The notes: generated by a model from the letters alone, not told the origin. 63,986 nucleotides of DNA, filler included, from Collodictyon triciliatum (GCA_043381765.1; 6 parts of 6 records of this genome joined end to end with filler, not necessarily neighbours in it), one strand, 5' to 3'. Numbered from the whole stretch's first letter, positions 24,625-39,328 are shown. Numbers and translations are program-made.

Positions 24625-27600
24625 ATGTCGCTCGTGGCTCTGCAAAGAGGAGCAAAGCTGATCCTTGCGGTCTACCTGCTTTCCTATCCCATTCGTGCTC
24701 TTGTTCGACACATACAAACCAAAATGATCCAAAACCAACTCCGTGCAAAGGCTCTACGAAAGAGAAAAGAGCGCGATGATCGCCGCAAAGCCTTTCGAGT
24801 GAGTTTATATTCATTCCTCTTCACATATTCCAATAAAACATGTATAGCTCTATTTGGAGTCTCGGGGAAGTGATACAGTATCAAAGTTGAAGATGAGCGC
24901 ACCAAACTCAATACATTTTTCTTTTCTAATTCCACTTTTACGGCACGATTTCTGAACAGTTGGATGAAACCATGGATGCAGGACTTGTGGTATGTTAATT
25001 TATTGATGCCCAGCAATCCTTCAAAGTTTTTATACATACCTTACTATACGATTTCTTTACTACAAGGTTTTTTTTTTTTTTTTTATCGCGTATGATAGTG
25101 TCGTTCTTCATGATAAAAGCCCACAATAAGTATGTCACAAGAGGCGACAAAAAAAAAAAAAAGTAAAGATAATACAAATCGATGTCTTGTGATTTTCTTC
25201 TAACACCCCATTTCTTCCCGTTAATATATCGCTGGGCACGCGTAAATTGTTAACAGCTCGAGATAAGCAACATGAAAGCTTTCCAACTCGCAGAGAAAAT
25301 CAAGTCTGGAGAACTAACTAGTGAGCAAGTAGTTCGTGCCTTCTGTATTCGAGCCAGGTTAGAAAATTACTTGCAACATCCATAATATGTTTTTACATAC
25401 TCTTACCTGCTTATCATCACTCCACTTATTGAATGTTTCATCCTTAATTGCTACGAAATATGCATTGTAATTTTTTTTTTAAAACTTCAGCCCTCTTCTT
25501 TCTCACCAAGGAAATATATTTTATTACTATGCTTTATTGGTAATATACCAACACCCTCTTATTACCTTCGCATAGGAGATAACTTATCCAATCACACAAA
25601 GTAATGTGAAGTATATGAATTTTTGAGGATAACATTTATACTTTTTTTTTAATAGAGCATGTGGCATCAAGTTTGATAGCAATGCCGAAGAATTCTTCTC
25701 TGAAGCTATCGAAGAGGCAAAGGCGGCCGACAGGTAAAACACAAATGGTTCGATAGCTAAAATTAACAAGACACATTTATGCACAACTAAAAATCGCATT
25801 ATTTTGAACATATCCTCTTAGTGATTACATAAAAATATGCTTTTCACATGATGCAGAAAACTAAAGGAAGTGGGCCCTGAAAACGTTGGTTATCTCCACG
25901 GAGTCCCGATTAGTTTGAAGGACCAAGTGAATCAGAAGGGAGCTGGTACATTTTATCCCTTTATTTGTCTGTATTCATATAACATATAATATCTGATTCT
26001 GAAAAGATACTGCACCAGTATTTTCATGTGAATATTTTATCTTTTCATTTAGTACTAGAATTCATACGTTTTTCTTGATGGTAAAATAAAATAATATAAA
26101 ATAAAGTTAAGTAAAATAAAGTAAAGTAAAATAAAATAAAGTTAAGTAAAATAAAATAAAGTAAAGTAAAATAAAGTAAAATAAAGTAAAATAAAGTAAA
26201 ATAAATAAATAAATAAAATAAATAAATAAATAAAATAAAATAAAATATAGGACGTATTTTTGATAAATCTCTATCTCATCACGGTATTCTCATGATTATT
26301 CATGATGCATTTGCTTCTAGATTCTACTTGCGGCATGGCTGTGAACTGTTTCAACCCCTCCACTGAGGACGGTGTCACACTCAGATTACTGAGGGATCAG
26401 GCAATTCTCCTATAATTTTAAGAGAATCCATCACCTTTATTTAATTATGCTAATTAATGAACAATAGTTTACATACCATAAAGTAGCAAGGATTTTAGAC
26501 GTGCGGGGCTGATATTCTTTATATTTCTTTTTATAAATGATATAAGGGTGCTATTCCATTCGTGCGTTCCAATGTACCCCAATCACTGATGTTGCCGGAG
26601 TCAGGAAATGATATTTGGGGTATCGCAAAAAACCCATGGAATCGCGATAGAACACCGTAGGGTTACTTTCCCTCCTGCCTTTCGTCTCCTTATGCATTTT
26701 CCTGCGTCCAAATTATTATCTTATGAAGAACAATATTTTGCTTTTTTTATTTGTGAAACTGACGGTACTCTTACTATTTTTATTTTGAGAATACTTTCGT
26801 TTTTGTGTTACTTGGAGAATACATTCTAATACTATTTCTGCGCTGGTTGTATTATCTTTCCTTCGAAATTGTAATAGAGGTGGAAGTAGTGGAGGAGAAG
26901 CTGTTTTGGTTGCTGCCCGAGCATCACCTCTTGGCATTGGAACTGATATTGGTGGAAGCGTTCGCATCCCAGCTTTATATTGTGGTACTAGGTTTTTTCT
27001 ATCTGCTCGTATAAAGGTCATAATAAGCCATGATCATTTCCAATGATACGATTGCCAATAAAAAGAAAAATTTAATTGAAAAATTATCCAAAACACACTC
27101 TGATAACTTGCATGACATAAAAGGAATATATTCTTTCAAGCCCACAACGACCCGAGTGACTAAAAACGGACTTGGCTCCAATCGTCGTCCAGTTTGTTTT
27201 ATTTTTAAACGTCCCCTGTTTGATTACTTGCATTTATGTATTGAGAAATAAGAAGCGATAAAGATGAAAGAAGGGAAACAGCAAAAGTATCAACAGATTT
27301 AGGAGAAAGGTTGGAAATTGGACTTCAAATATTGAAAATTAAATAGTAACTTCTATTTTAATCTTAAGGGAATGGCTGGGTCTTTGGAGCTCATCAAATC
27401 AGCTACTGGGCCGATGGCTAATTGTGTGGAGGACCTTGTCCTCGTGATGAGAGCATGGCTTGAGCCCACTGCATTCAAAATCGACCCTCTCCAACCCCCA
27501 ATTCCTTTCGACGCTAAGGAATACACATCGAGCGAACCACTGACTTTCGGATACTTTATTGACGACGGATTTTTCGAGCCAGCACCGTCCTACAAGAGAG

Positions 27601-28973
27601 CAGTGAATATGGTTGTTGATGTTCTGCAAAAAGCAGGACACCGAGTTGTCTCTTTCAAACCGCCCAATGTGGAGCAGGTGCATGCTTCTTTTTTTTCTTT
27701 TAATGATTCATAGCCTCGTTCCTTGTCTAAACTTTATGTACATATTCATGAAATGTAATGTGTACACAAACAGAATTCAGTCCTTGGTTTCATCTTCATG
27801 ATTACAATAGGCGATGGTTTCATATTATGGTGCCATGAGCTCAGATGGGGGAATGCGAAACTTTATAGAAGGACTGCGCGGAGAAGCACTTCATGAATCA
27901 TACAAGCTTCTCTACAAAGCTGCAAATCTTCCCTCTGCCCTTCGACCCATCATTTCCAGAATCCTTCGACTCACTAACAACCACAGACTCGCCATTGTCA
28001 ACGAAATGGGAGGAGGAAAATCTGCTTACCAGCTCCAAGAAATCACTGCAAAAACTCTAGCGTACATCGATTCCTTCACCGAGGTATATACACTCCATTT
28101 GTTATCTACTTTCCCCTTTAAATAAAGAAACACATATGAAGGATGCGCACTCTATACGCAATTAACGAGTGTATATATTCTCGTGAGCGCTTATGTCCCG
28201 TTTTTCTTGTCTTGTTTCTGTTAATCCAACAACAGGCCTTCACATCTGCTGGGATAGATGTGCTGGTTGGCCCAGGACTCGCTCTTCCAGCATTGTATCA
28301 CGGGCAATCGAAGGTGGTCTTTTTGTTTACTTCGCCGATGCCTCCTTTTTTTCTTTTCTTTTTAATTTTATCTATCTTACTATTCCCCCCTTCTGCCAAT
28401 GCATCTGTACTGTTTCTGAATCCATGGTTCGATTCTTGCTCATGTAAGGAGCCACCAATTACCATCGCCCAGCGAAGTGGCGAGTCATCTGACACCTACG
28501 AAACAATCACAACAGGACTTGACACCATCTCTGTCATACACGATGCTCTACAACGTGTTGCGCTACCCAGCAGGGTCGATTCCTGTGACTCGGGTTCGTT
28601 CTGACGAGTGCCACTATGAGACGGGCAACCCAAAGCACCAGGACATGCTAACAAAGCACGCAAAGAAGGTGATGGTTGGCGCACAAGGCCTCCCAATCGG
28701 CATCCAGGTACATAATGAGGAAGCTACACTAGCAACAGACATTGTATCGTACGCAGCCGAAGTCACGCACCGCAGACTCGGACGCCTTCATTTAACCATG
28801 ATGCTGTGATGTGATTTGGTCTATGAAGTTATTGGGCTGTGATTCACTGCCGTTGAATGCGATTGCAGGTTGCTGCACTGCCTTGGAGAGATGAGAAGTG
28901 TTTGCGAGCGATGAAGATAATCCAGGACTTGATCCAGTTCGATGAGAAGCCTCCCGGATATGAGACTCTTTAG
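24625..28973 (+). CDS. FAAH: Amidase-signature family, fatty acid amide hydrolase-like
   Basis: [56 protein letters not shown]-terminal hydrophobic anchor; includes GC-AG intron 26401-26546. Confidence 0.92.
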
Positions 28974-29376
28974 ACAACCTGCCAAAAGACGCTTGCCTTT
29001 CGTCCACTTCTTTTCCTTTCTCCTTGCAAGCAAAACGGCGCTGCCTGTCTTTGGCGCCACAGAGTGACAGGTCGATCTTGCAGAACATACAAAGAAGACA
29101 AAACAGAAACAATCTCCCTACAGAATTTTTTTTCCTCTTTTCCACCGCTTTTGTGTTTGCAAGACTTATTAGTGATGAAAATTAGAGAAAGGGTATGAGA
29201 GAAGCGTTCGCAAACACATAGACATGCGGGAAAACCGAAGTGGATCGAAAGTATGGATCGAGCCTTATGAAGTGATCAAATGCCCAGTGTCCGAGAACGA
29301 CGCCCGGTTTGGCGTGGAAGGAAACGAGTGAGGTTTGATTCTAATGTTGGCGGGTTTGCGATAGATAGATCAAAGG

Positions 29377-31376
29377 ATGCAGCAGCTGCCGTCTTCAAGG
29401 GACAGTGGCTCCATCGTTTTCCTCAAAAAGGCCGACCACAGGACTGGCGAGTCGTTCAACAGATATCAGGAAAAGTATGATGCAACCATCAGCAGCTTCT
29501 GTGTGCCTGAATCACTCCATCTCACTTTCGATCTCATAGCAATTCTCTGTTCTCTTTGCTTCTATAAGGAATCATACTCTTCGGTCTTAACAATACACAT
29601 ACAAATACACATACAAATACACATACAAATACACATACAAATACACATACAAATACACATACAAATACACATACAAATACACATACAAATACACATACAA
29701 ATACACATACGCATACACATACACATGCACATACACATACACACACATACACATACATATACATATACACATACGCACGCGCACACAGAAGGAAAACAAA
29801 CACAAAGAAAACACACGGGCAAGATAAATAATATAAAACAAATTAAAAAGACAAAAGATGAAGCATAACAGAAAAGAAGCACTAATTGAGTTTTAAAAAC
29901 GCTCATGAAAACCCATAAAAACACACTAAGGAATTTCTAATCGAGTTTCAACTTATCCTATCTTTCATTTGCAGCTTTCAAACGAGACATTCTCTTCAAA
30001 GTGATGATGGTGTGTCCGAGACAGCATCTTCAATGACGCAAGTGGACATGTCTGATGCCTCCTTGCGACAATTGTACGCCTTTTCGTATTCTGACAGCTG
30101 GTCCGGCTTCTTTCTCGGACCTGTAATCTCATTCCCAAGGTAAAAAGACCCACTTTTGTTTATTTGAATCTCGATTTTCATATGTGCGGTTATGTGAACG
30201 AGTTTGCCATGAGATATATTGCTTGGGTATTGACGTGCATGGTCTCTGGGCTCTTCATTACCATTGCTACAAATTATCATGGACTGTATGAGATTCGTGT
30301 CAAACTCCTTTGGCAACATCTATGAGCTAATGATGAGTCAGGAACACAAGGACGGAAAGTAAGGAGGGTCCATTTAATTATTTTTTTTATCAGGAACTTC
30401 CGCCTGGCACTTGTCCGCCTGATTTACCCGCCGTTTTTCTCTGGGGTGATATCGATGCTTATGTTTGTGTCGGTTTTTGTATGGTACGAGGGTAAGGATG
30501 AATATTAATGTTACAGTATGTTATAACGGAGAGGCATTTTTTTTATTTTTTGCAAAATAAATTAATATACTCTTATGAGTCTTAAAAAATCGAATAGAAA
30601 GGGGAAAAATCTAATAATTCATGCAGAAAACTGCCAAACAACAAATATATTTCATTTCTTATTAATACAGGTGGATTTTCATACTTTGTATGGGAGAGCC
30701 TACCACTTGAAGTGATACTATCAGTCATCTCGTCATCTTTCTGGATATCTTCAACCTGTATTTGCTTTCCTCATGCATATCCCAGGGACAGAATCAAAGT
30801 GGGTTTTGTAATACTTAATTTTAAGAAGAGAAAATATAAGGAATAGTATACCCTTTATCTATCGCATCCATTATTCAAACTTTCAGCAGACTTCCAACAA
30901 TAAGCTTTTTTTTTACTACACACTTGTCTTTAAATAACTTATCTAACATAGATTATTACCGGTACATTTTTTGGGTCAGTGACGTTTTTTTCAGGACTCT
31001 CAGTTGTATGTATTGTATTAGGCGCAGAGGATTTGTCTTTAATGGAGAAAAGAGGTATATGCGCTTTTAATTTACCAATATGTATATATTGACAATTGAA
31101 GGAAATCATCTGCTTTTTTTTTTAAACCATTCGTTTACTCCTTTCTCTTACGCGCTGAGCAACAACATCAATAACAATAATAAGAACTATACGAAAACTG
31201 ACAACTTTTTTACAGGAATTCGGACGTTGATTGCATTCATCAGACTTATGATTGGATTCATAGCGATCCCTTATTTCTTTTACAAAAATCAGCTGAAGTA
31301 CTCCCCAATAATAGACGATGAGACGAACAAGGTCATAGACACATCCAGCAAGCATGACTCTAGTTACCAACTGTAA
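29377..31376 (+). CDS. Hypothetical multi-pass membrane protein
   Basis: Phase-compatible exons at ~29377, 29974, 30214, 30394, 30671, 30952 and 31216 encode several hydrophobic helices; stop at 31376. Confidence 0.55.
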
Positions 31377-31629
31377 ATATTTCTCAAACAAAATCATTCA
31401 TAAACATATAACATATAAACATATAAACATATAAACATATAAACATATAAACATATAAACATATAAACATATAAACATATAAACATGTAAACAAACAAAA
31501 CAAAACAAAACAAAAAAGATAAAAGATAAAAGATAAAAGATAAAAGAAAAAGAAAAAAGAAAAATAAAAGAAAAGATAAAAGAAANNNNNNNNNNNNNNN
31601 NNNNNNNNNNNNNNNNNNNNNNNNNNNNN

Positions 31630-31641
31630 TTAATTAATTAA
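31630..31641. other. Artificial contig-joining spacer TTAATTAATTAA within Ns (also 39273-39284, 45984-45995, 55383-55394, 59580-59591)
   Basis: Identical six-frame-stop 12-mer flanked by ~45 Ns five times; adjacent genes are truncated. Confidence 0.97.
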
Positions 31642-31686
31642 NNNNNNNNNNNNNNNNNNNNNNNNNNNNNNNNNNNNNNNNNNNNT

Positions 31687-31782
<96 letters not shown>

Positions 31783-31828
31783 AGTGAAAGTATCTATTTG
31801 GTGAGCCTCAAAATCCTTTTTCCTGCAG

Positions 31829-34800
31829 GAATCGTCGACTTGTGCCTTTCAACTGCACCAGAGAAGTTCAAAGTTCTTGTGGTCGACGAGCACACGTCCA
31901 AGATCCTGAATGCAGCGATGAAGCTCAGTGAACTGGTCGACCTCTATATAGCGAGTAAGCGTTCTTTTTTCTTAGTTGCATCTCCTCGAATAACGTTACC
32001 TTTTATTTTACAAAAACTATCGTTGTATTATACCCGGCAAGTCCGTCACCAAACACTAAATCATTTCGATAACTTCTTGTGGTAGCGGTGGACTCGATCG
32101 GCGTGGAACGTCAACCCTTCCCAGACATGGACGCCATTTACTTTATATCTCCTACCTCGGAATCCGTAACACGACTCATATCTGACTTCGAAGGAACTTT
32201 TGCACCGAGATATCACACTGCACACTTGCTCTTCTGCTCGCGTGAGGATCATATTCTACATCACCACCTCCTTGAGATATTCCGTTGTAAACGCACCCCT
32301 TTTATATATACACGCATCTCTTTTCCCCTTTTAAATGAACGCATCAAAGGATAATTGTGGTGTAGATAAAGGTAAATTAACCGATTTGTTGACATATTAT
32401 TCCAAAATTACTCTTTTAAAAAAATTCCATTATAGATGTAGGCGACGCAATTGTTTCAAGGTTAAAGTCCAGCGCTGCCACTATTCGCCGAGTGAAGACA
32501 TTCAAGGAGATTAACATCGATTTTCTGGGTTTCGTTTTATTTTCAACTTTCCCTTGTATACCAGTCAAGTTATTAGGCTTTCATCGTTTGACTAGCCTAA
32601 CAGTTTAAAATGAGAATTTTTCTTTTGCCAAAGTTTATTTCAGAAAAGTTAACGTTTTTCATGCTTTCCTACCTATTTTAGCATTAGAATCTCAAGTCTT
32701 TTCTTTGAATCGGCCGAATGGGTATTTTATAATATCTTGTTGTTTTATCATGATATTGATTCATGAAATCAATTTTCAAGGTATTTACTTTGTAATAAAA
32801 ATTTTAACTTCACAATACGTATAATCTGTTAGGCTGTACAATCTTTTTTCCCCAAACTCTACGTCTAAAGCTGCCGAAGTATCAAGATGTTCTGAGCAAT
32901 TACTAACTTTGCTACGCTCCTTGGATGAGACCTTGTTTCCTCCCATCATTCGACACCAAAATTCTGAATTGTCTAGAAGGTATCTAAATTTATGTGTGCG
33001 CATATGATTCATTTATCTCGGACGATTGCTGGATCTGTACATTATTGACACTAATCTATCAAACACAATGCAATGTCCTCGCTACTAAAATAAAATTGTG
33101 CATTATCATCCCAATAGTATCGCATTGACACTACAAGAACAACTAAGAACTGCGATAGGAAAGCCAAATAGTGCATCTAAGCCACAAAGAGATCCAGCTG
33201 TTGTCCTCATATTGGATCGCTCCTTTGTAATTTTAATTAATTACAACTTCCATGGAAGTTTATGTAAATCTTGATAGTAATGTTAATCATCTTGTTTAAT
33301 TTATTTGATTTGATACTCGCTCTTGACCTTCATATGTAAATAATATATAAAACAGGACCCTCTCTCTCCACTCCTACATGAATTTACATACCAGGCGATG
33401 ATACATGACCTCCTAAATATCGAAAAAGATATCTACCAGTGAGAATTTTGAATTAATATGTTTAAAAAATATCGACAGCACAATACAAACCCCACTGGTA
33501 CTTTTTTTTTTTTTAAAAAAAAAAAAAAAAAGATCATTTTTTTTTTATTTCTTTTGAAGATTCGAATAAAAGAGTATTGAAGACGCTNNNNNNNNNNNNN
33601 NNNNNNNNNNNNNNNNNNNNNNNNNNNNNNNNNNNNNNNNNNNNNNNNNNNNNNNNNNNNNNNNNNNNNNNNNNNNNNNNNNNNNNNAAAAAAAATATTA
33701 AAAAAAATTAAAAAAAAAAAAAAAAAAAAAATATATAATTTTTTTTTTTTTTTTAAAAAAAAAAAAAGAAGCTCATTCTATTCACATGTCCTATGCAGAT
33801 TCGAATCAAAGAGTACTGCAGACGCTGTATTGAAAAAGGAGTTTATCTTGAATGAGAAATTCGGATCTCTTTGGGCTAACTTGCGTTCCATGCATATTAT
33901 GGATGTTATATCAGTAACGCATATTTTTAAACTCATTGACTGAATCGAATACATTACATCGAATGAAACACACACAATCATAAAAATTCAATTTTACAGA
34001 AAATCAAAGAAGACTATGAAAGCTTTAAAGTTGATGTGGAAGGGCCATCTCATGAACAAGGAGGATATCAAGCTGATGCACAGAAAGTATTTTTTAACAT
34101 AATAATTTCACTTTGTTCAAATACCTCAAGTTGCACCTCGTTTTATTTCGATTTTTCTTCTTCCTCTGCTCTCCCTATTTACTAGGGTCGCACAAGGGTA
34201 GATCTCGAGCGTGCCATCCACAGTATGCCAATGAGACGGGAACAAGCGCTGGAGGTAGACTGATTTCTATTACAAACAACGGAAATCAAGATTGGAATAT
34301 CTCGCAAATGTTAAAGGATATTATACATCTTATTTGAGATATGATAAAAGGCTATTAAAAAGCTGTATGTTATAATATGATTCCACTGTTATCGATGATA
34401 TCCTAGTTTGCAGCGCACATCAGTCTGACTGATGAATGTATGACGGCCTTTAAGAGGAGTAACGTCGCAGATTTGGCTGCAGTCGAGCAAGTTTGTGGAT
34501 TATCCTGTGAAATCATATAAACTATACACCTGTCTTTTCTCATTCGCGCGTTACAGGATATTGCAACAGGAGAGGACTCTCTTGGGAATCCTATCCGAAA
34601 CTTGGTCTCATCTGTAATGTCCGTCAGTGAAAAAGCCAGGTATTCATCAAGATTTCTGAAACTCTATGCATTTATATGAGCTCTTCAAAGTTCCTATAGT
34701 AAGGAACCTACGCGTATAGTTCATCAGCAAATTCTAGTCGTGATATTATCAGAGTCTTGATGATGTATGTTATCAGTCAAGGGATTAAGAGTTCTGATAA

Positions 34801-36877
34801 GGAACTTATTTTCCAGGTATGACTCTAATGGTAAACCGAAATTTAGTTGAGTGTCATGCATATATATTCTGATTGGAAAGATAAAACATACTTTGGTAGA
34901 CTTTCAAGTTGAAGCCGGAAGCACAGGCTGCAATTTGTAATCTGGAGCATTTAAATGTTGTGGTCACTAGGGTAAAGAAGCTTACAATTGAGCACACATA
35001 CATATTAACGGAAGTTCTCTTGAACACATTGATGTTTTCAATTATGTTGGAAGTAAATACACTGATATCTTTAACCCCTAAAAGAAAACCAACGAAAAGA
35101 GAGCTGACCGCATGGCTAAGTATGTCTAAGGATTAGACTATCAACCCGTGAACCATGGCAATAAAAGAAAAAAAACATTTTTCCCTTGTTCTATACTTTA
35201 TACCTAAATTGGTATTTGTAATCTAATCAACAGTCAAGGCCGGAAAAAACGAGGAGATGACGTTCCATATGAGCTATCCCGGTATGTTCCTCGCATCAAG
35301 GACATTATGGAGGTAGTATTATCTATCGCTCATGCCCTTCCCCATTGTTATCTTGATGGTTGTTGGCTTTTTTAAGAAAAAAGAAAAGAAAAGCTCTTAA
35401 AATCATGCCCTTTTTCTTACAATATCATTTGAACAAAGGATTTATCTCGAGACCAATTACTCGAAGCAGAATTTCCACATACTTCTTCGGTAGTTATCCC
35501 ATTCATTTTTATAAAAAATTTTTTAAAAAAAAAAGTATGAAAGGAAATATTCAGAGAGGAAAAAAATAATCACATCCTGATGATGGCGAATTATCGAATG
35601 ATCACCAGTTATCCATAATTATCAGAACAGTTTCATATATAAACATAATCACTTAACCAGGCAAAGAGTCCAGCCCCTTCGTTTTCAACGCAAACAAAGG
35701 CAAAATTAAAGTTTGTTGGTATCATGCATACATCTAATAAGTATATGATAATTTTATTGGTGTTTGCTACTTTTTCATACACCATCTCCTAATCATATGC
35801 ATCATTTATTCTAGAAATTGGGCTGCTGGTTCATCTGAGGTTGGTCTCTTAGATTTATTAAGAGTCTATTTCCTTCTGGTCTTACCACTAGTGCTTTTTT
35901 TTCTTTTTTTTAAAGCGAAAAGTATGATGATTTGCAAACACTGAAGGATAGGGAACAAACCATAATTATCTGGATATCGAGATTTTTTTTACCTTTCAAC
36001 TTCTTTAACAATGAGGCACTTGTTAAGTGCGTTCTATGTTTAAGAAAATCCCAACCAGATGAAAGTGCAGGGGTACTGATTGTTGTGCTATTTTGCCTTT
36101 GCAAAAGAGAAGACAAGGTGATGATTTGCACTTGCTGAGGGACGGAAGATAACAAATCAAGATTTTCTGATTTTATGGAGACTTGTTCCAACTTTCGAAA
36201 CCTTTGAAACACTTGTTAAGTATGTTTCATGGTTAAGAAAATCCTGACCAGATGAAAATGCAGGGGTTCTGACTTTTCCTCCTTCTTCTCCCTCTTCGCT
36301 TTCTACCCTCTTTCTCTATTTCCATGTGCGTATTCTATATCATCTATATGGCAGTATACTCGTACTCTCTTCCCATGCCATATTTTTTTTATCTATCTCA
36401 GAAGGACGATTCCAACGTGAAGGGCTGCCGTTTTATCGTATTTATAGCAGGTCTTATATCGACATCACCACCACTTAATGCCAATCAAGCTCAACATTAT
36501 CTTACAAGATATCCTATGCCTTTACTCTTCCATCTGACTACAAGCATTTGTTCCTTTGCGAAAAAAAAAGGTGGGATGACTTATTCTGAGATTCGTTCGG
36601 CTTACGAAACCACAAAGTCATCAAAGAGAGAATTCATTATCGGTAAAACTGATAGTCACCTACATTTTCTACGATTTATTTTCATTTTGCTTTGTTTCCG
36701 ATTACATCACCTCCTCTCTCACCCTATCTCTTTCTCTACCTGCGCAAGAACTATAATTCAAACATGCACTATCCCTCAAAGCCCTCAACCATCCTAGGCT
36801 CCACACACATCCTGACACCGAGCTCGTGGGTGGAATCGGTCGGAAAACTTGACCCTACAAACATACATAAGAAATAG
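31829..36877 (+). CDS. SEC1: Sec1/Munc18 (SM) protein; 5' exon(s) missing
   Basis: [79 protein letters not shown]. Confidence 0.95.
35924..36079 (+). ncRNA. Box C/D snoRNA, copy 1 (predicted U6 Cm62-type guide)
   Basis: Box C ATGATGA at 35924, D' CTGA at 35941, C'-like CAGATGA at 36056, guide GTGCAGGGGTA, box D CTGA at 36076-36079; sense strand in Sec1 intron 35840-36401. Confidence 0.7.
36118..36272 (+). ncRNA. Box C/D snoRNA, copy 2 (paralog)
   Basis: Box C GTGATGA at 36118, D' CTGA at 36135, C'-like CAGATGA at 36249, guide ATGCAGGGGTT, box D CTGA at 36269-36272; AAG/CTT terminal stem; last 63 nt are 54/63 identical to copy 1. Confidence 0.7.
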
Positions 36878-37677
36878 ATTTCTCGAGAATCCCAGCCGCA
36901 GCCGAGAAACCGCCACAACATCATAACGTTAACGACATGATTGAATCCTTTTGTGGGAGAACCATAAACCTGACCAGAAAAAAAAAAAGATGTGCCTGTA
37001 CATTCCTCGCAGTTGCCAACCTCAGTCATTGTATAGAATGATTAAGCTTGTCAGGGGAAAAGGGCGGTGTGGTTAACTAATAGTACTCGCGTATCACATG
37101 ATTATTTTACACGATTTAGTAACGCACATAGAGAGCGGTTGGGCTCAATATATGCCTATTTTGTATGCAAGATATCATCCAGATATGTACGTGAATGAGC
37201 CGCATGCAACTTGTTTCGTTGGTGGCTTCCTCATGTCCCAACAGCGCGATCCACGGTTGCACAGGAACATGACCGCTCGCCAGCAGAAAGACACAAGTAT
37301 CAGGAGGCTACTGACCTCTCAAGTGCGTCTGAAAAATGGCTCATCACACAACAAGAGTATCCCCTTCGTAGTCTTGTCTGCGCAGCGCATGTAAAGTCAA
37401 CTTGAGAAGCCAAACAGAAAGCAGTAAGCAAGCAAAAAATAAAAAAAATAAAAAATAAAAAAAATGGTGGTGGGCTTGCTCTTCAGAGACTGCTCATGGC
37501 TTCGAGCCTGCAAATCATCTGGTTATTGACCCGTTTATCCACAATCTTTTTCCTATTTCACCATTCCTTTCGTTTTGTGCAAGGCGAGAGGCCTTTGGGT
37601 TTTGCTCACTTGAGGTGTCACCAGTCCTTAAACAGCTGTAGAAAGCCGATGAGCAAGAACTCTCGGGAATTAGACAG

Positions 37678-38327
37678 AAGCTGGGATGTCGACGGACAAA
37701 GCGGCCTCTTACTACTGAGTGGTGGGGTTGTCTGCTTTATTCTTCTCTGCGCCTGCATCTTCTACTGCCACACAAACCGAAAGAGAGGTAGTCCCCACAG
37801 CAAACAAAACCTTCTCTAATTATTTTTTTAAGGTCCGCAATAAGCCGATAAAATAAGCAACAAAAAAAAAGAAAAGAAGAAAAAGAAAACAGAAAACAGA
37901 AAACAGAAAAAGAAAAAAGAAAAAAGAAAAAAGAAAAAAGAAAAAAGAAAAAAGAAAAAAGAAAAAAGAAAACAGAAAAAAAGACCAGAAGCTTTTAGAC
38001 GCGTGGTTGTTGTGTATTGGTTTGCTGTGCTGAAACCCGGCTGGGACACATCTCCCACAGGGCACCCACAGAGGCATGGCACAGCCGGACTGACGCAGGT
38101 CGATATGGTTCCGTCCCCGCCACCAGAGTTTTCGCACATGACCAGCCGAGAGTGGTTCGAGCATGTAGAAAAGACGGTGAGTGTGCCTTCACCCTTTGGC
38201 CAAAGCCACGCAACCCCCACAACCTCGACAATGCCCACCGCACACGCCGGTCTCTTTCTTTCCTGTCCCTCTGCATTAACGAGCCTCTGTGTAGAGACCA
38301 GGCCCGTCGCCTCCGGCAACATATTAA
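37678..38327 (+). CDS. Possible small single-pass membrane protein; start unresolved
   Basis: Exon GLLLLSGGVVCFILLCACIFYCHTNRKR (TM plus basic stop-transfer) followed by Pro-rich exons with GT-AG borders. Confidence 0.35.
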
Positions 38328-39109
38328 ACGTCCGCGCACGGATACTTTCCGCACAACAGCACACGCTGCGAAAGAGTGTCTCTGGCAAGCATGCAGGTCT
38401 GAGTTTGCAAGGGTTGTTTGTGCTTGTCTATGTCTCAGAATGGGGATTGGTGTTGTTCATCTTCGTTAGTTTTCTTTTTGTCGTGTGTAAGCTGGGGCTC
38501 AGCTATGTTGCGTTTTTCAGGCACAGGGACGTGAGTCCCACACCCGTCAGCTATCGTCTTCATCGCCCATAGCTTATATAATAAAATAGCTGCAGTCCTC
38601 AGGTTAAGAAGACTAATTGAACGTGGCTACCGATAGAAAACACCTCATCAATCAGGCCGAGGACTATATTATTAAGGAAGACCCCCTTTACAATGTGGGT
38701 ACGCTTGGTGTTTGCGGAATATTTCTAATGAGGAAGGGTTCATATAAATGCCAAAGATGTCACTAAACTATTTATGGATTGTGAGCACGCCCGCAAATCC
38801 CATGTCCATATGTGGATTTCTGCAGAGGCTTGCAAGCGCCCAGAACCCACCAAATCAGCGCCACGTGCGAATGAGGGCGCTAACAAAGTTGATGGAACCA
38901 CACCGCCATCTTGACGATATTGTTGGAAGAGAGACCGAGGTACTTCTTGGACAATACACAATTGACACATCGCCCTCTGTATGATATATTTCCAATCGAC
39001 ACAAAGCTCATTCTTTGTGTCTTCCAATCCACAAGCGTGTTGCACAGACCCAGCCCCAGGAAAGAAGGAAAGAAGGAAAGAAGGAAAGAAGGAAAGAAGG
39101 AAAGAAGGA

Positions 39110-39228
<119 letters not shown>

Positions 39229-39328
39229 NNNNNNNNNNNNNNNNNNNNNNNNNNNNNNNNNNNNNNNNNNNNTTAATTAATTAANNNNNNNNNNNNNNNN
39301 NNNNNNNNNNNNNNNNNNNNNNNNNNNN

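Noticed and set aside
31586-31685. TTAATTAATTAA palindrome recurring five times
   Set aside because: Synthetic contig spacer; gene order across it is not informative.
33500-33830. Apparent duplicated Sec1 exon start on both sides of a 100-N gap (similar case at 6020-6350)
   Set aside because: Degraded overlapping read ends next to homopolymers; assembly artefact.
38620-39060. Coding-like degraded sequence with EEGF-INAKDVTKLF, faintly KilA-N/Bro-like
   Set aside because: Needs frameshifts and the motif is too short to support a call.
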